From: Anaerolineales bacterium
GTDB lineage: Bacteria > Chloroflexota > Anaerolineae > Anaerolineales > UBA4823
Length of the DNA stretch: 64,000 bases
Reading direction: 5' to 3'
Assembly: GCA_046259385.1 (NCBI GenBank)
Contig: JBJYWI010000013.1
Coordinates: 7,529-71,528, forward strand
Positions 46,794-55,928 of this stretch are shown here, in pieces; position 1 is the first letter of the stretch, and every line of letters begins with the position of its first letter. The notes beneath the pieces were generated by a model that did not search any database, had not been told where the DNA came from, and saw only the letters and a program-made list of their open reading frames with translations. The position numbers and the translations under genes were made by a program.

Positions 46794-49169
46794 TCACTCG
46801 CTCTGTTCAGAGGTCTCTTCTTCACCAAAATCCAGCACTTCCCGCACTCCAGTACCCCCGGTCGGCTGGCTGACGATTCCCTGCTCCTCCATAGATTCAA
46901 CCAGGCGCGCCGCCCGGGTATATCCAATCCGCAATTTACGCTGCAACATGGAAATCGAGGCTTTGCCCTCGCGCCTGCAAAGATCAACCGCATCCCCAAA
47001 AAGCGGGTCCTGATCCTCTGCTTCCAATTCCTCCCAGATCGGTAATTGCTTCAGTGGCAGGCTGGGGGTGGCTGCATCCGGTGCACTCCCCGAGGACGGC
47101 TGACCGGATTCTCCCAGACCAGCCTGTCTTTGCCAGTAATTGACCAGGCGCATAATCTCCATATCCGAGACAAATACCCCCTGCAGCCTGACCGGAGCCG
47201 GCGCATCTGGCGCCTGGAAGAGCATATCACCCTGACCGAGCAATCTTTCCGCCCCTGGCTGGTCAAGTATCACCCGGCTGTCCACGCCGGATGCTACCGC
47301 AAACGCGATCCGTGCCGGGAAGTTCGCCTTAATCAATCCAGTGACAACATCCACCGATGGCCTCTGGGTTGAGATTACAAGGTGTATTCCGGTCGCCCGC
47401 GCTAGCTGGGCAAGGCGTGAGATCAATCTTTCAGTAGCATCCGGCGCGATCATCATCAGATCAGCCAGTTCATCAATAATCACCATAAGGTAAGGGAGTT
47501 TTTGACTTCCGCTCGCTTCCTGGATATGGTTGTAGTCCTGCAGGTTTCGGCAGCCGGCTTCCGCCAGCTTGCGGTAGCGCAGGTCCATCTCGCGCGCCAC
47601 CCACTGCAGCACCCGCACTACCCGCTCCAGTTCCACCACCACCGGCGCTAGCAGGTGCGGGATACCGTTGTACCCCGTCAGTTCAACCCGCTTGGGATCA
47701 ACCATGATCATGCGCAGTTCTCCCGGGGTATTGTTCATCAGCATACAGCTGATTAATGCATTAACGCAAACTGATTTGCCAGAACCTGTCGCCCCGGCAA
47801 TCAGCAAATGGGGCATCCCCGCTAGATCAGCAGCCACCGCGTTTCCGGTTACATTCTGACCAAGTGCAAATGCTAGCGGTGATTTCAGACGTGTGAATGC
47901 TTTGCTTTCCAGGATGTCGCGCAGGGTAACCAGGGCTGTCTCTTCATTTGGGACTTCAATGCCGACATATCCCTTCCCGGGGACAGGCGCCTGGATTCGA
48001 ATCCGTCGGGCTGCCAGCGCCAGCGCCAGGTCATCGGCGAGGGCACTGATTTTATTTACCCGGACACGGGTTCTCCCGCTGCGAGTTTCGATAAAGTCCG
48101 GTTCTACCCCGAACTGGGTGATGGTTGGTCCACGGTTGACCTCTACAACGTGCGCTGGAGCGCCAAAAGAGGCCAGAGTTTCTTCAATAACCCTCGCCCG
48201 TTGGACATCTACGCTCTTGTCATATTCCACACGACCGCTTTTTTCAAGAATTTCATCGATGCCGGGTAGTTTCCAGGTCACAAACGCATTCTTGTGCTCG
48301 TACAATAAACTCTCATCCCCAGCCGCAGTACCCGCTGCAATTGTTTTCCCACCAGTCCGGGTTGCACCGAAGCCAGCTCCATCTGTGGGAGAGATTGTCT
48401 GGATTCCAGGCTGTCTATTCTTGTTCCACCTTCGCGGTCTGGTTAAGGCTACCCAGACACCCTTCAACCAGTTTTGGAACCTGCCTGCTGCGGGTTCAAA
48501 CCAACCAAGCATCTCTGCGACCGGTCTGTCCAGGAGTAATACCAGCCCAATCAACAGAAATGCAGCCAGAATGATTGTCGTTCCTAACCTTCCGAAAGCG
48601 TTATCCAGCGATCCCGAGATTTTTGCCCCAACAACCCCTCCTTCCTGGCTGGTTTCGGCGTTAGCGCCTCCGCTGATCTCATAAAAAATTCCCGCCAGAA
48701 AATGCAGCGCCGCCAGGAACACAAAAAACAACAGCAAGGCCCCTAAAACACGCTCCACCGCAAAAGGCGGCACACGCTCAAATTTGCGCACTACCAGCCA
48801 AATGCCGCAAACCACCAGACCGATTGGAAAGAGGTACATCCCCCACCCGAATGCGTCTCCGATTGCGTTCATCCAACCACTGACCAGCCCGCCTTGTTTT
48901 GGATAGAACAAACCAAGGATGGTAAGCAGGCCGATCAGCCCGATTATCACACCCACGATATCAATCCAGCGATCAAGCGGGATCTCCTGGAGTTTAAATC
49001 CATGGATATAGCCAAATCCGGGTATAGCGGTTTTACTTAACCTTCCCTTTTTGGAGGTCGATTTTGTAGCCCGTGATTTGCTGGAGGAACGCTTTCTCCC
49101 CCCCTTGCTGGTCGGGCTGATCTTGCCTTTTAATCTGGATTTCCGGCTTGAGGTCTTTTTGGGAGGCAT
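46794..49169 (-). CDS. ftsK: DNA translocase FtsK/SpoIIIE
   Basis: 791-aa ORF with a basic N-terminus and 4 TM. Walker A LLIAGATGSGKSVCVNALI, Walker B LMVIIDELADLMM, C-terminal gamma winged helix ISMLQRKLRIGYTRAARLVESMEEQGIV. Confidence 0.95.
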   Translation of the reverse strand: MPPKKTSSRKSRLKGKISPTSKGGRKRSSSKSRATKSTSKKGRLSKTAIPGFGYIHGFKLQEIPLDRWIDIVGVIIGLIGLLTILGLFYPKQGGLVSGWMNAIGDAFGWGMYLFPIGLVVCGIWLVVRKFERVPPFAVERVLGALLLFFVFLAALHFLAGIFYEISGGANAETSQEGGVVGAKISGSLDNAFGRLGTTIILAAFLLIGLVLLLDRPVAEMLGWFEPAAGRFQNWLKGVWVALTRPRRWNKNRQPGIQTISPTDGAGFGATRTGGKTIAAGTAAGDESLLYEHKNAFVTWKLPGIDEILEKSGRVEYDKSVDVQRARVIEETLASFGAPAHVVEVNRGPTITQFGVEPDFIETRSGRTRVRVNKISALADDLALALAARRIRIQAPVPGKGYVGIEVPNEETALVTLRDILESKAFTRLKSPLAFALGQNVTGNAVAADLAGMPHLLIAGATGSGKSVCVNALISCMLMNNTPGELRMIMVDPKRVELTGYNGIPHLLAPVVVELERVVRVLQWVAREMDLRYRKLAEAGCRNLQDYNHIQEASGSQKLPYLMVIIDELADLMMIAPDATERLISRLAQLARATGIHLVISTQRPSVDVVTGLIKANFPARIAFAVASGVDSRVILDQPGAERLLGQGDMLFQAPDAPAPVRLQGVFVSDMEIMRLVNYWQRQAGLGESGQPSSGSAPDAATPSLPLKQLPIWEELEAEDQDPLFGDAVDLCRREGKASISMLQRKLRIGYTRAARLVESMEEQGIVSQPTGGTGVREVLDFGEEETSEQSE

Positions 49170-49358
49170 GGTTATTAGACTGATTGTTGCAAAATTAATG
49201 CCGGGGATATTGGGGTTGATCTAATCGGGTTGCAGGGATCAAAAGCCAAATTATATTTAAATTATAGCACAAATGGTCGAATTATTAACTCTGAGAAGGG
49301 CACGAATACTGGTTTAAAACAAGTTGAGGTAAAATAATTTCTGGTTACAGCCATTCGT

Positions 49359-50351
49359 TTGCAATATACCAAGCTGTGTTGGAAGAAAAGGTTTTATTTG
49401 TTTGAGATTATTTTTCTTGGTACCTCTGCTTCAGCCCCTTCCATTCACCGCGGGCTGACATCCCAGATTGTAATCCACGACGAGCACCGCTTTTTAATCG
49501 ACTGTGGTGAGGGTACTCAGCGCCAGATCATGCGCTCCGGAATCGGATTTAAACGCCTCAATAAAATCCTGATCACTCATGGTCACCTTGATCACATCTT
49601 GGGTCTGGGTGGATTGCTTTCAACTTTCATGCGCTGGGAGGCTATCCGTGACCTTGAAATTATTGCTGGCTCATGGGCGCTGGAACGCATAAAAGATCTT
49701 CTGTTCGGGGTGGTGCTGCGGGGAGTGCGCCCGCCCATGGACATCCAATTCAGGGAGATTATTCCAGGAGAGATCTTAGACTATGAGGATTTCAGGGTTT
49801 CTGCATTCCCTGTGCAGCATCGTGGTTCAGATTGTTTCGGTTTTGATTTTGAAGAAAAACCCAGAAGACCATTTCTGCCGGAAAAAGCAGAGCAACTATC
49901 CATCCCGCCTGGACCTTGGCGGCGTGAACTGGTGGGCGGCAGGGCAGTGACACTGCCGGACAGGCGCATAATCCAACCTGATCAGGTGCTTGGACAGGAG
50001 CGCAGAGGAACCCGCTATATCCACGTTGGAGATGTCGGTCAGACCGGCGACCTTGAGACAATTTGCAGGGATGCAGACGCGCTGGTTATTGAAGCCACAT
50101 ATCTGCAGGACCAGCTCGATTTAGCCCGCGAGTTCGCTCACTTCACTGCCCGCCAGGCAGCGGAACTCGCCTTGAATGCTGGTATAAAAAACTTGATTCT
50201 CACCCACATCTCGCGGCGCTACCGCGAAAAGGACATCATCTCGGAAGCCCGGGCAGTCCTACCTTCCACCTACGTTGCCCGCGATTTTGACCAATATACT
50301 GTCAAACGGGGGGAGTTGGGAAAAAGCAACCTTTTGGATCCGGGTATATAA
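49359..50351 (+). CDS. rnz: Ribonuclease Z (MBL-fold tRNA 3' endonuclease)
   Basis: FEIIFLGTSASAPS and ILITHGHLDHILGLGGLL (HxHxDH). The track start is TTG 49359. An in-frame TTG at 49398 (LFEIIFLGT) would give the usual family N-terminus, so the start is uncertain. Confidence 0.85.
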   Translation: MQYTKLCWKKRFYLFEIIFLGTSASAPSIHRGLTSQIVIHDEHRFLIDCGEGTQRQIMRSGIGFKRLNKILITHGHLDHILGLGGLLSTFMRWEAIRDLEIIAGSWALERIKDLLFGVVLRGVRPPMDIQFREIIPGEILDYEDFRVSAFPVQHRGSDCFGFDFEEKPRRPFLPEKAEQLSIPPGPWRRELVGGRAVTLPDRRIIQPDQVLGQERRGTRYIHVGDVGQTGDLETICRDADALVIEATYLQDQLDLAREFAHFTARQAAELALNAGIKNLILTHISRRYREKDIISEARAVLPSTYVARDFDQYTVKRGELGKSNLLDPGI

Positions 50352-50364
50352 GTCGGGCGGGAAA

Positions 50365-51006
50365 CTAGCGCCTCCTGAACCTCTCCTCTTTCCAGACATC
50401 TCCTTCATTGTGATATCCCGCCTGTTCCCAAAAACCAGGCTCGTCGGCTCTTAGAAATTCCAACCCCCTCAGCCACTTAGCACCCTTCCAGAAATAGGGG
50501 ACCTTCAGGTCTCCCCGGTCTGGGATATGCCCGACCACTCCTCGTAACGGGTATCCATGGTCAGGGGAGATCGGCTTCCCTTCAAAATGGGTCGCCAGCA
50601 GGAAATTTTCCGAGAGCACTACTTCCAGAGGCAGGTTTGTGGTGTAGTCGTTTTCGGCATGCTGCACCACGAATTTCGCCTCCGGTTTGATGGAGATGAT
50701 GCCGTTTTCAACCAGCACCCGCACCGAAACGCCTTCCCATTCTGTGTCAAATTTGCTCCAGCGGGTTACGCAGTGAATATCCATGACCACAGATGCGCGC
50801 GGCAGTGAATTAAACGCATCCCATGTCCAGGTTAGATCCTGCTCCACCTCGCCCCAGACTCTGAAATCCCAGGTGTCCGGATTGAACTCCGGAACCCTTC
50901 CATAGTGCAGGATTGGAAACTTATAAGTAAGCGACTGTCCCGGCGGTAGCCTGCCTTCTCGCGCCAACCGGCGCTCATCCTCTTTGCGCTGTTCAGGGTT
51001 GCTCAT
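50365..51006 (-). CDS. Sulfite-oxidase-like molybdopterin-binding oxidoreductase
   Basis: 213-aa ORF. GRLPPGQ...W.FRVWGEV...VVMDIHCVTRWSKFDTEWEGVSV is the layout of the Oxidored_molyb domain, including the Cys ligand. Confidence 0.75.
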   Translation of the reverse strand: MSNPEQRKEDERRLAREGRLPPGQSLTYKFPILHYGRVPEFNPDTWDFRVWGEVEQDLTWTWDAFNSLPRASVVMDIHCVTRWSKFDTEWEGVSVRVLVENGIISIKPEAKFVVQHAENDYTTNLPLEVVLSENFLLATHFEGKPISPDHGYPLRGVVGHIPDRGDLKVPYFWKGAKWLRGLEFLRADEPGFWEQAGYHNEGDVWKEERFRRR

Positions 51007-51011
51007 ACCTG

Positions 51012-51695
51012 TTATACCGTCAGACTATCGCCGGGGTTCAGTACGTGCGCCTCGGTATCAGTTTCAGCTTCCACCCGCGCCGCCCAGGCAAATGGGTCCT
51101 GCTTTATCAGGTCGAAAGTGTTGTAATGGACCGGAACGACATGCTTTGGCTGGATCAACTTCACCGCCTTCAATGCATCTTCCGGTCCCATCGTATAGTT
51201 ATCGCCGATTGGCAGGACTGCCAGATCAATGCCTTCTTCACCGATCAGCTTCATATCCCCAAAAAGGCCAGTGTCGCAAGCCAGGTAAGTCTTAATACCA
51301 TCAAGAGCAGTCAGAAGAAACCCGGCTGGATTGCCGCCGTAGCTGCCGTCCGGAAGCCCGGAACCGTGCAGGGCAAGCGTAAGTTTAAGATAGCCGAAGG
51401 GGTGGTTGAATCCACCGCCTATGTGCTGACCGTGGGTTTTTATCCCCTTTTTTCGCAACCATCTGCATATTTCATCGATCGTAATCACCGGAGCACCGGT
51501 CCGTCTGGCAATTGCCTCGGCATCCTGCATGTGATCGTTGTGGCCATGTGAGACCAGAATAAAATCAGCTTCCACCTGGTTAGCGTTTACCGGGGCTGAT
51601 GGGTTGTCTGTGAAATACGGGTCAACCAGGATTGTATATCCGCCCGTTTCAAGGCTCATTGTCGCGTGCCCGTAATATGTTAATTTTAAACTCAT
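51012..51695 (-). CDS. UPF0173-family metal-dependent hydrolase (MBL fold)
   Basis: 227-aa ORF. LTYYGHATMSLETGGYTILVDPYF...ILVSHGHNDH. Confidence 0.8.
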   Translation of the reverse strand: MSLKLTYYGHATMSLETGGYTILVDPYFTDNPSAPVNANQVEADFILVSHGHNDHMQDAEAIARRTGAPVITIDEICRWLRKKGIKTHGQHIGGGFNHPFGYLKLTLALHGSGLPDGSYGGNPAGFLLTALDGIKTYLACDTGLFGDMKLIGEEGIDLAVLPIGDNYTMGPEDALKAVKLIQPKHVVPVHYNTFDLIKQDPFAWAARVEAETDTEAHVLNPGDSLTV

Positions 51696-51837
51696 TTTTT
51701 TCTCCTGTCTTGTTTTACCTATTTAATCATGAACTCCATCAACTCTTCCCAAAATTTAGTTTTCTAAGGTGGCCTACCAATAATTAATTCAAGAAAAACA
51801 GTTATCCATTTTTGTTTTTTCTTCCTTCTTTAAAAAT

Positions 51838-52170
51838 TTAAGATTTTTCAGGCAACGTTGAAGCAAATTCCACTCCCATTTTAATCCAGCGTTCGAGATC
51901 GCGGCGGTCAGTATATCCGGCAGGTGCCACTGTAATCCACCCGTTCATCGGTCTGCCGGTCATATCAAAAACTCCCGCATGAGGTTGATCCAGAGCCTCC
52001 TGGTACCTTTCCGCACCAACCCGCACAATAAGATCGTTCTTGTTCACGCCGCAGGCCATGTTGCCGTTGATCATATATCCAATGCCCCCGAACATTTTCT
52101 TTTCAACTATTCCAGGAACGCCTTCAAGAGCCCGGCTCACCCGTGCGGCTAAATCCTGGTCGTAAGCCAT
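51838..52170 (-). CDS. TfoX/Sxy N-terminal domain protein
   Basis: 110-aa ORF. EKKMFGGIGYMINGNMACGV...LIVRV is typical of the TfoX_N domain. Confidence 0.7.
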   Translation of the reverse strand: MAYDQDLAARVSRALEGVPGIVEKKMFGGIGYMINGNMACGVNKNDLIVRVGAERYQEALDQPHAGVFDMTGRPMNGWITVAPAGYTDRRDLERWIKMGVEFASTLPEKS

Positions 52171-52245
52171 ATTTTCCTCCTGAGCATCTTTTGATTTACA
52201 TTATTGTTATTTCCTGACACAGAGTACTATTTTACATTTGGAATT

Positions 52246-52833
52246 CTATTCGCGCTGGAGCATAATGTCATAGTGCACCATCGGTCCATGTCGTATGCGT
52301 GTTTTATTTAATGTCCTGAAACCATTCTTGGCGAATTCGGAATCAATGTCCGTTATTGTGTAAAACCCATAATCCTTCAAGAACCTGCGGAAGAAACCTC
52401 TCAGCCAATCCGGAAAAACAAGATCAAACCAGATAAAATATCCACTCGGTTTCAATACCCGGGCAACTTCTCCGATTGCAGCCCGCCAATTTGATATATG
52501 GTGAAATACATTTTCTGAAATCACCAGATCAAAAAACTCTTTCTCAAACGAGAGATTCGCGCCGTCTTCAATCTTAAATCTAAGCTGATCATGTTCAGGG
52601 TACATTTCTTTAGCAACTTTGATCTGGTCCGAATCAAAATCTGTTCCGATCACAGTCAGGTCATAAGAATCAGCCAGCCAGCTCGAGACGGTCCCGATTC
52701 CGCAGCCAATCTCGAGCGCATTTTTTACCTGGCCCATGGCTATCCCCTCTAGGTGAGCCGATATTTTCATAATATTCCGCTGTGCTTTTTTCGGCCGGTT
52801 TACCAGGCGTTTTTCCAGACCGGTCATAGCCAT
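52246..52833 (-). CDS. Class I SAM-dependent methyltransferase
   Basis: 195-aa ORF. Motif I ALEIGCGIGTVSSWLA; DLVISENVFHH. Confidence 0.8.
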   Translation of the reverse strand: MAMTGLEKRLVNRPKKAQRNIMKISAHLEGIAMGQVKNALEIGCGIGTVSSWLADSYDLTVIGTDFDSDQIKVAKEMYPEHDQLRFKIEDGANLSFEKEFFDLVISENVFHHISNWRAAIGEVARVLKPSGYFIWFDLVFPDWLRGFFRRFLKDYGFYTITDIDSEFAKNGFRTLNKTRIRHGPMVHYDIMLQRE

Positions 52834-52844
52834 CGCAACTTCCT

Positions 52845-53417
52845 CTACGACTGTTTCTCGTTCTTCTTTTCTAAATCCGTGGGTATCAGCGAAAACATGA
52901 ATGCGTCCAAAAATTTATCTCTGACAACCAGTCGGTTGCGAAGCAAACCTTCCAAGGTCGCTCCGGATTTTTCCGCCACCCGAATACTCCTGCGGTTTCC
53001 CTCTGCGACAACAATCTCCAGCCGGTTAAAACCTAGATCTTCAAATCCAAAGCGGGCAAGCAAATGCACTGCTCTTACTGCGATTCCCTCCCCAGCGCGG
53101 TCGCTGCGCACCCAGTATCCCAGGTTTGCGAACCGGAACAGGCTGTTGATCTGATTCAAACCGCACCCGCCGATGATTTCCCCCAAGTCGCCATCAATGA
53201 TTACAAAATTATATTCACTTCCCTGTTCCCACCCTTTCTGTGCTGTCTCCAACCAGCCCAATGCGTCAGACGCATCATAATCAGCATGGCACCATCCCAT
53301 CCATGGGGAAATCTCCCGGACTGATCTTTGAACTGCCCGGGCGATTTCAGCTTTATCCGTAAAGAGGGGTCTGCGCAGCTTTATCGTCTGGTCAGTTAAT
53401 TCTTCTTTCAATTTCAT
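52845..53417 (-). CDS. GNAT family N-acetyltransferase (RimJ/RimL-like)
   Basis: 190-aa ORF. IIGGCGLNQIN...ANLGYWVRSDRAGEGIAVRAV...RLEIVVAEGNRRSIRVAEKSG. Confidence 0.8.
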   Translation of the reverse strand: MKLKEELTDQTIKLRRPLFTDKAEIARAVQRSVREISPWMGWCHADYDASDALGWLETAQKGWEQGSEYNFVIIDGDLGEIIGGCGLNQINSLFRFANLGYWVRSDRAGEGIAVRAVHLLARFGFEDLGFNRLEIVVAEGNRRSIRVAEKSGATLEGLLRNRLVVRDKFLDAFMFSLIPTDLEKKNEKQS

Positions 53418-53499
53418 CGCATACAGACAAATTATATGCCAGATAACGCTATTCCGGTATGAGGCGCTGAAAACCCTTTTAACAATGTAAAATTAATTC

Positions 53500-54516
53500 G
53501 TGCCAGCAATCTCAATCCTGCTACCATGTTATAACGCGTGTCTGACTCTTGAGGAAGCATTAACCAGTCTTTCAAACCAGACATTTCAAGACTACGAAAT
53601 TATCGCAGTCGATGATGGATCAAGCGACTCCACACTGGAGATACTGCGGAAATGGCGCTCGTCCGACCGGAGAATTAAAGTCCTCTCAACCCCACATCGC
53701 GGAATAATTCATGCTTTAAATTCTGGTCTGAAGCGCTGCCGTGCCCCACTGGTCGCTAGGATGGATGCCGACGACCGTTGCCATCCTGAACGCCTAACGA
53801 AGCAAATCGCTTATTTCTGTTCTCACCCGGACACGAGTCTTGTCAGTTGCCGGGTTGCAGGTTTTCCGGAAAACAACCTCCGAGAGGGATTCCGGATCTA
53901 TATCGAATGGCTGAACGGATTGGTTACACACGAAGAAATTTGCAGGGAGATATTTATCGAAAGCCCCTTCCCCCACCCGAGTGTTATGTTTAAACGGGCG
54001 GATGTTCTCCGGGTTGGCGGGTATTTGGACAAAGGTTGGGCGGAGGATTATGACCTCTGGTTGAGGATGCATCTACAGGGGATGCGCTTTGCTAAAATAC
54101 CTCGATGCCTGCTCGAATGGCGCGAGCGAACCGACCGGCTCACCCGCTCTGACAGCCGTTACTCTTTGGAAAACTTCCTGCGTGCAAAAGCATTCTACCT
54201 TTCCTCAGGTCCGCTCACAGACCGGGACGCCGTTTACATCTGGGGTTCAGGGATGATCGGTAGGCGTTTGAGCAAGCACCTCCTTCGCAACAATAACCCA
54301 CTGGCTGCGTTTATCGACATCGACCGGGTCAAGATCGGCCGTACCCTGCGGGGCTTTCCAATCATACCACCGGAGGCGCTTCAAGAATCGCTCGCCAAAT
54401 ACCAACGGCCGGTCATACTTTCAGCTGTCGGGGCGCGCGGCGCACGACAAAAAATCCGGGAATTCCTCTCCAGTTCAGGCTTAAGAGAAGGATTTGATTG
54501 GCTTGCGGTTGCCTGA
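53500..54516 (+). CDS. Glycosyltransferase family 2 with a Rossmann-like C-terminal extension of about 100 aa
   Basis: 338-aa ORF with a GTG start. ISILLPCYNACLTLEEALTSLSNQTFQDYEIIAVDDGSSDST and ARMDADD (DxD). The C-terminus has VYIWGSGMIGRRL...AAFIDIDRVKIGRTLRGFPIIPPEAL. Confidence 0.8.
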   Translation: MPAISILLPCYNACLTLEEALTSLSNQTFQDYEIIAVDDGSSDSTLEILRKWRSSDRRIKVLSTPHRGIIHALNSGLKRCRAPLVARMDADDRCHPERLTKQIAYFCSHPDTSLVSCRVAGFPENNLREGFRIYIEWLNGLVTHEEICREIFIESPFPHPSVMFKRADVLRVGGYLDKGWAEDYDLWLRMHLQGMRFAKIPRCLLEWRERTDRLTRSDSRYSLENFLRAKAFYLSSGPLTDRDAVYIWGSGMIGRRLSKHLLRNNNPLAAFIDIDRVKIGRTLRGFPIIPPEALQESLAKYQRPVILSAVGARGARQKIREFLSSSGLREGFDWLAVA

Positions 54517-54582
54517 CAGCACTTCCAAACTGGGACAGGCTTCTTTACCTAATCATTTTGATAACCTCATAAGGAGGTCAAG

Positions 54583-55002
54583 TTGGAGCTAACTGAGTAT
54601 TTTCAACCAGGTATGTACAAAGAAACCACATTCGAAGTGACAGAAGAACACTCCGCCATACAGCTTGGCAGCGGATCGCTACGAGTTCTTGCCACTCCGA
54701 TGATGATCCGCTTTATGGAAATCACATCGCACAGGCTCTTAGAACAGCATCTGCCTGATGGGTTCTCCAGCGTTGGTTACCACCTGGACATACACCACCA
54801 AGCCCCGACGCCGATTAACAACCCGGTCAGGGTCCGGGCGGAGATTCTGGAGCTGAATAAATTTAAGGTCTCCTTTTCAGTAAAAGCCTGGGATGATATC
54901 GAGCAGGTTGGAGAGGGTTTGCACCAGCGGGTGGTTATCGACCTCGCCCGGTTTATGAAACGGGTAGAAGCTAAAATGAAAGCCTTATCAGGTAGCAAGT
55001 AA
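54583..55002 (+). CDS. Hotdog-fold thioesterase (FlK-like)
   Basis: 139-aa ORF. TTG start with AAGGAGG 5 nt upstream. TFEVTEEHSA...LATPMMIRFME...SVGYHLDIHHQAPTP. Confidence 0.7.
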   Translation: MELTEYFQPGMYKETTFEVTEEHSAIQLGSGSLRVLATPMMIRFMEITSHRLLEQHLPDGFSSVGYHLDIHHQAPTPINNPVRVRAEILELNKFKVSFSVKAWDDIEQVGEGLHQRVVIDLARFMKRVEAKMKALSGSK

Positions 55003-55039
55003 TCCCGCCCGCCATCCGAATCGCCTGCTCCGTGGTGCC

Positions 55040-55876
55040 CTATCCCCCTCTTAATAGACGGGCGGCAAAAATCGCCACCACAACCCCGGCTACCAGGAAC
55101 AATCCCCCTACGATCCCCAGCAAGGGGGATCTGCCGCCTTCTGGGGCTGGCACAACCTGTGCTTCGGCCAGTGTTTCAGCGCTAGCCTGTGCTCCAAAAT
55201 TAATAAAGGTCTCGTCGCCGGGATTAAGTTCTAATTCGTAACTGGTTTCCGTAGTCGCGTTGTAGCCTTCCGGCACAGCGATACTGATTGTGTAAAACCC
55301 TTCGGGCATATCCGCGAAGCACTGTGGGTCAAGCCCGACTCCAGTCGGAGTTGTCTCAGATACCGATCCGGTTTTTTCGCTGATGCTTATCGCCCCATCT
55401 GGGATGGAGGCTTCTTCCTCCTGCCGGATTGAATCGCCATTAAGGTCGTTAAACAGGATAATACAGATATTGCCGAATCCTGGTTTGGGTGTTGGGGTTG
55501 GCAGCGGCTGGGTGGCTGTCGGCGTGGGTCCTGGTGTTGCGGTCACCTCTTCGGGCCCGCCAAGACCAAGCACGATTTGTTGCCCTTCGAAAATTGTGTC
55601 GCTGGTGAGATTGTTTAACGCCTTGATCTCCTCAACCGAAAGGCCGCTTATGATCGAAATGCTCAGCAGGGTGTCATTGGCTTTAACAACCCATACAATC
55701 CTGCCATCCGGTCCCGGTGTGGGTGTGTAAATTGGGATTTGTTCATTTGGGGCAGCCAGAGCGGGTCTGTTCCACCTCGCCGCAAGCGCGATTCCAAAAA
55801 GCGCACCGGCCAAGATCACCAGAGCCAATCCAAATAGTCCAGCGTAACATTTTGTTCTGTTATTTCGAATATCCAT
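55040..55876 (-). CDS. Envelope protein with an N-terminal TM, a LysM domain, a Thr/Pro linker, an SdrD-B/Ig-like domain and a C-terminal hydrophobic anchor
   Basis: 278-aa ORF. LysM is VVKANDTLLSISIISGLSVEEIKALNNL...GQQIVLG. The linker is TATPGPTPTATQPLPTPTPKPG. FNDLNGDSIRQEEEASIPDGAISI is present. The C-terminus is PAPEGGRSPLLGIVGGLFLVAGVVVAIFAARLLRGG. Confidence 0.7.
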   Translation of the reverse strand: MDIRNNRTKCYAGLFGLALVILAGALFGIALAARWNRPALAAPNEQIPIYTPTPGPDGRIVWVVKANDTLLSISIISGLSVEEIKALNNLTSDTIFEGQQIVLGLGGPEEVTATPGPTPTATQPLPTPTPKPGFGNICIILFNDLNGDSIRQEEEASIPDGAISISEKTGSVSETTPTGVGLDPQCFADMPEGFYTISIAVPEGYNATTETSYELELNPGDETFINFGAQASAETLAEAQVVPAPEGGRSPLLGIVGGLFLVAGVVVAIFAARLLRGG

Positions 55877-55928
55877 AACCTAGTAAATTATACTGGAATG
55901 TTTTTGTTGGCGTAAATTAATATCCCAA

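Noticed and set aside
47893-48684. 263-aa plus-strand ORF
   Set aside because: It is antisense within ftsK, with a low-complexity Ser/Arg/Pro-rich translation and no recognisable motifs.
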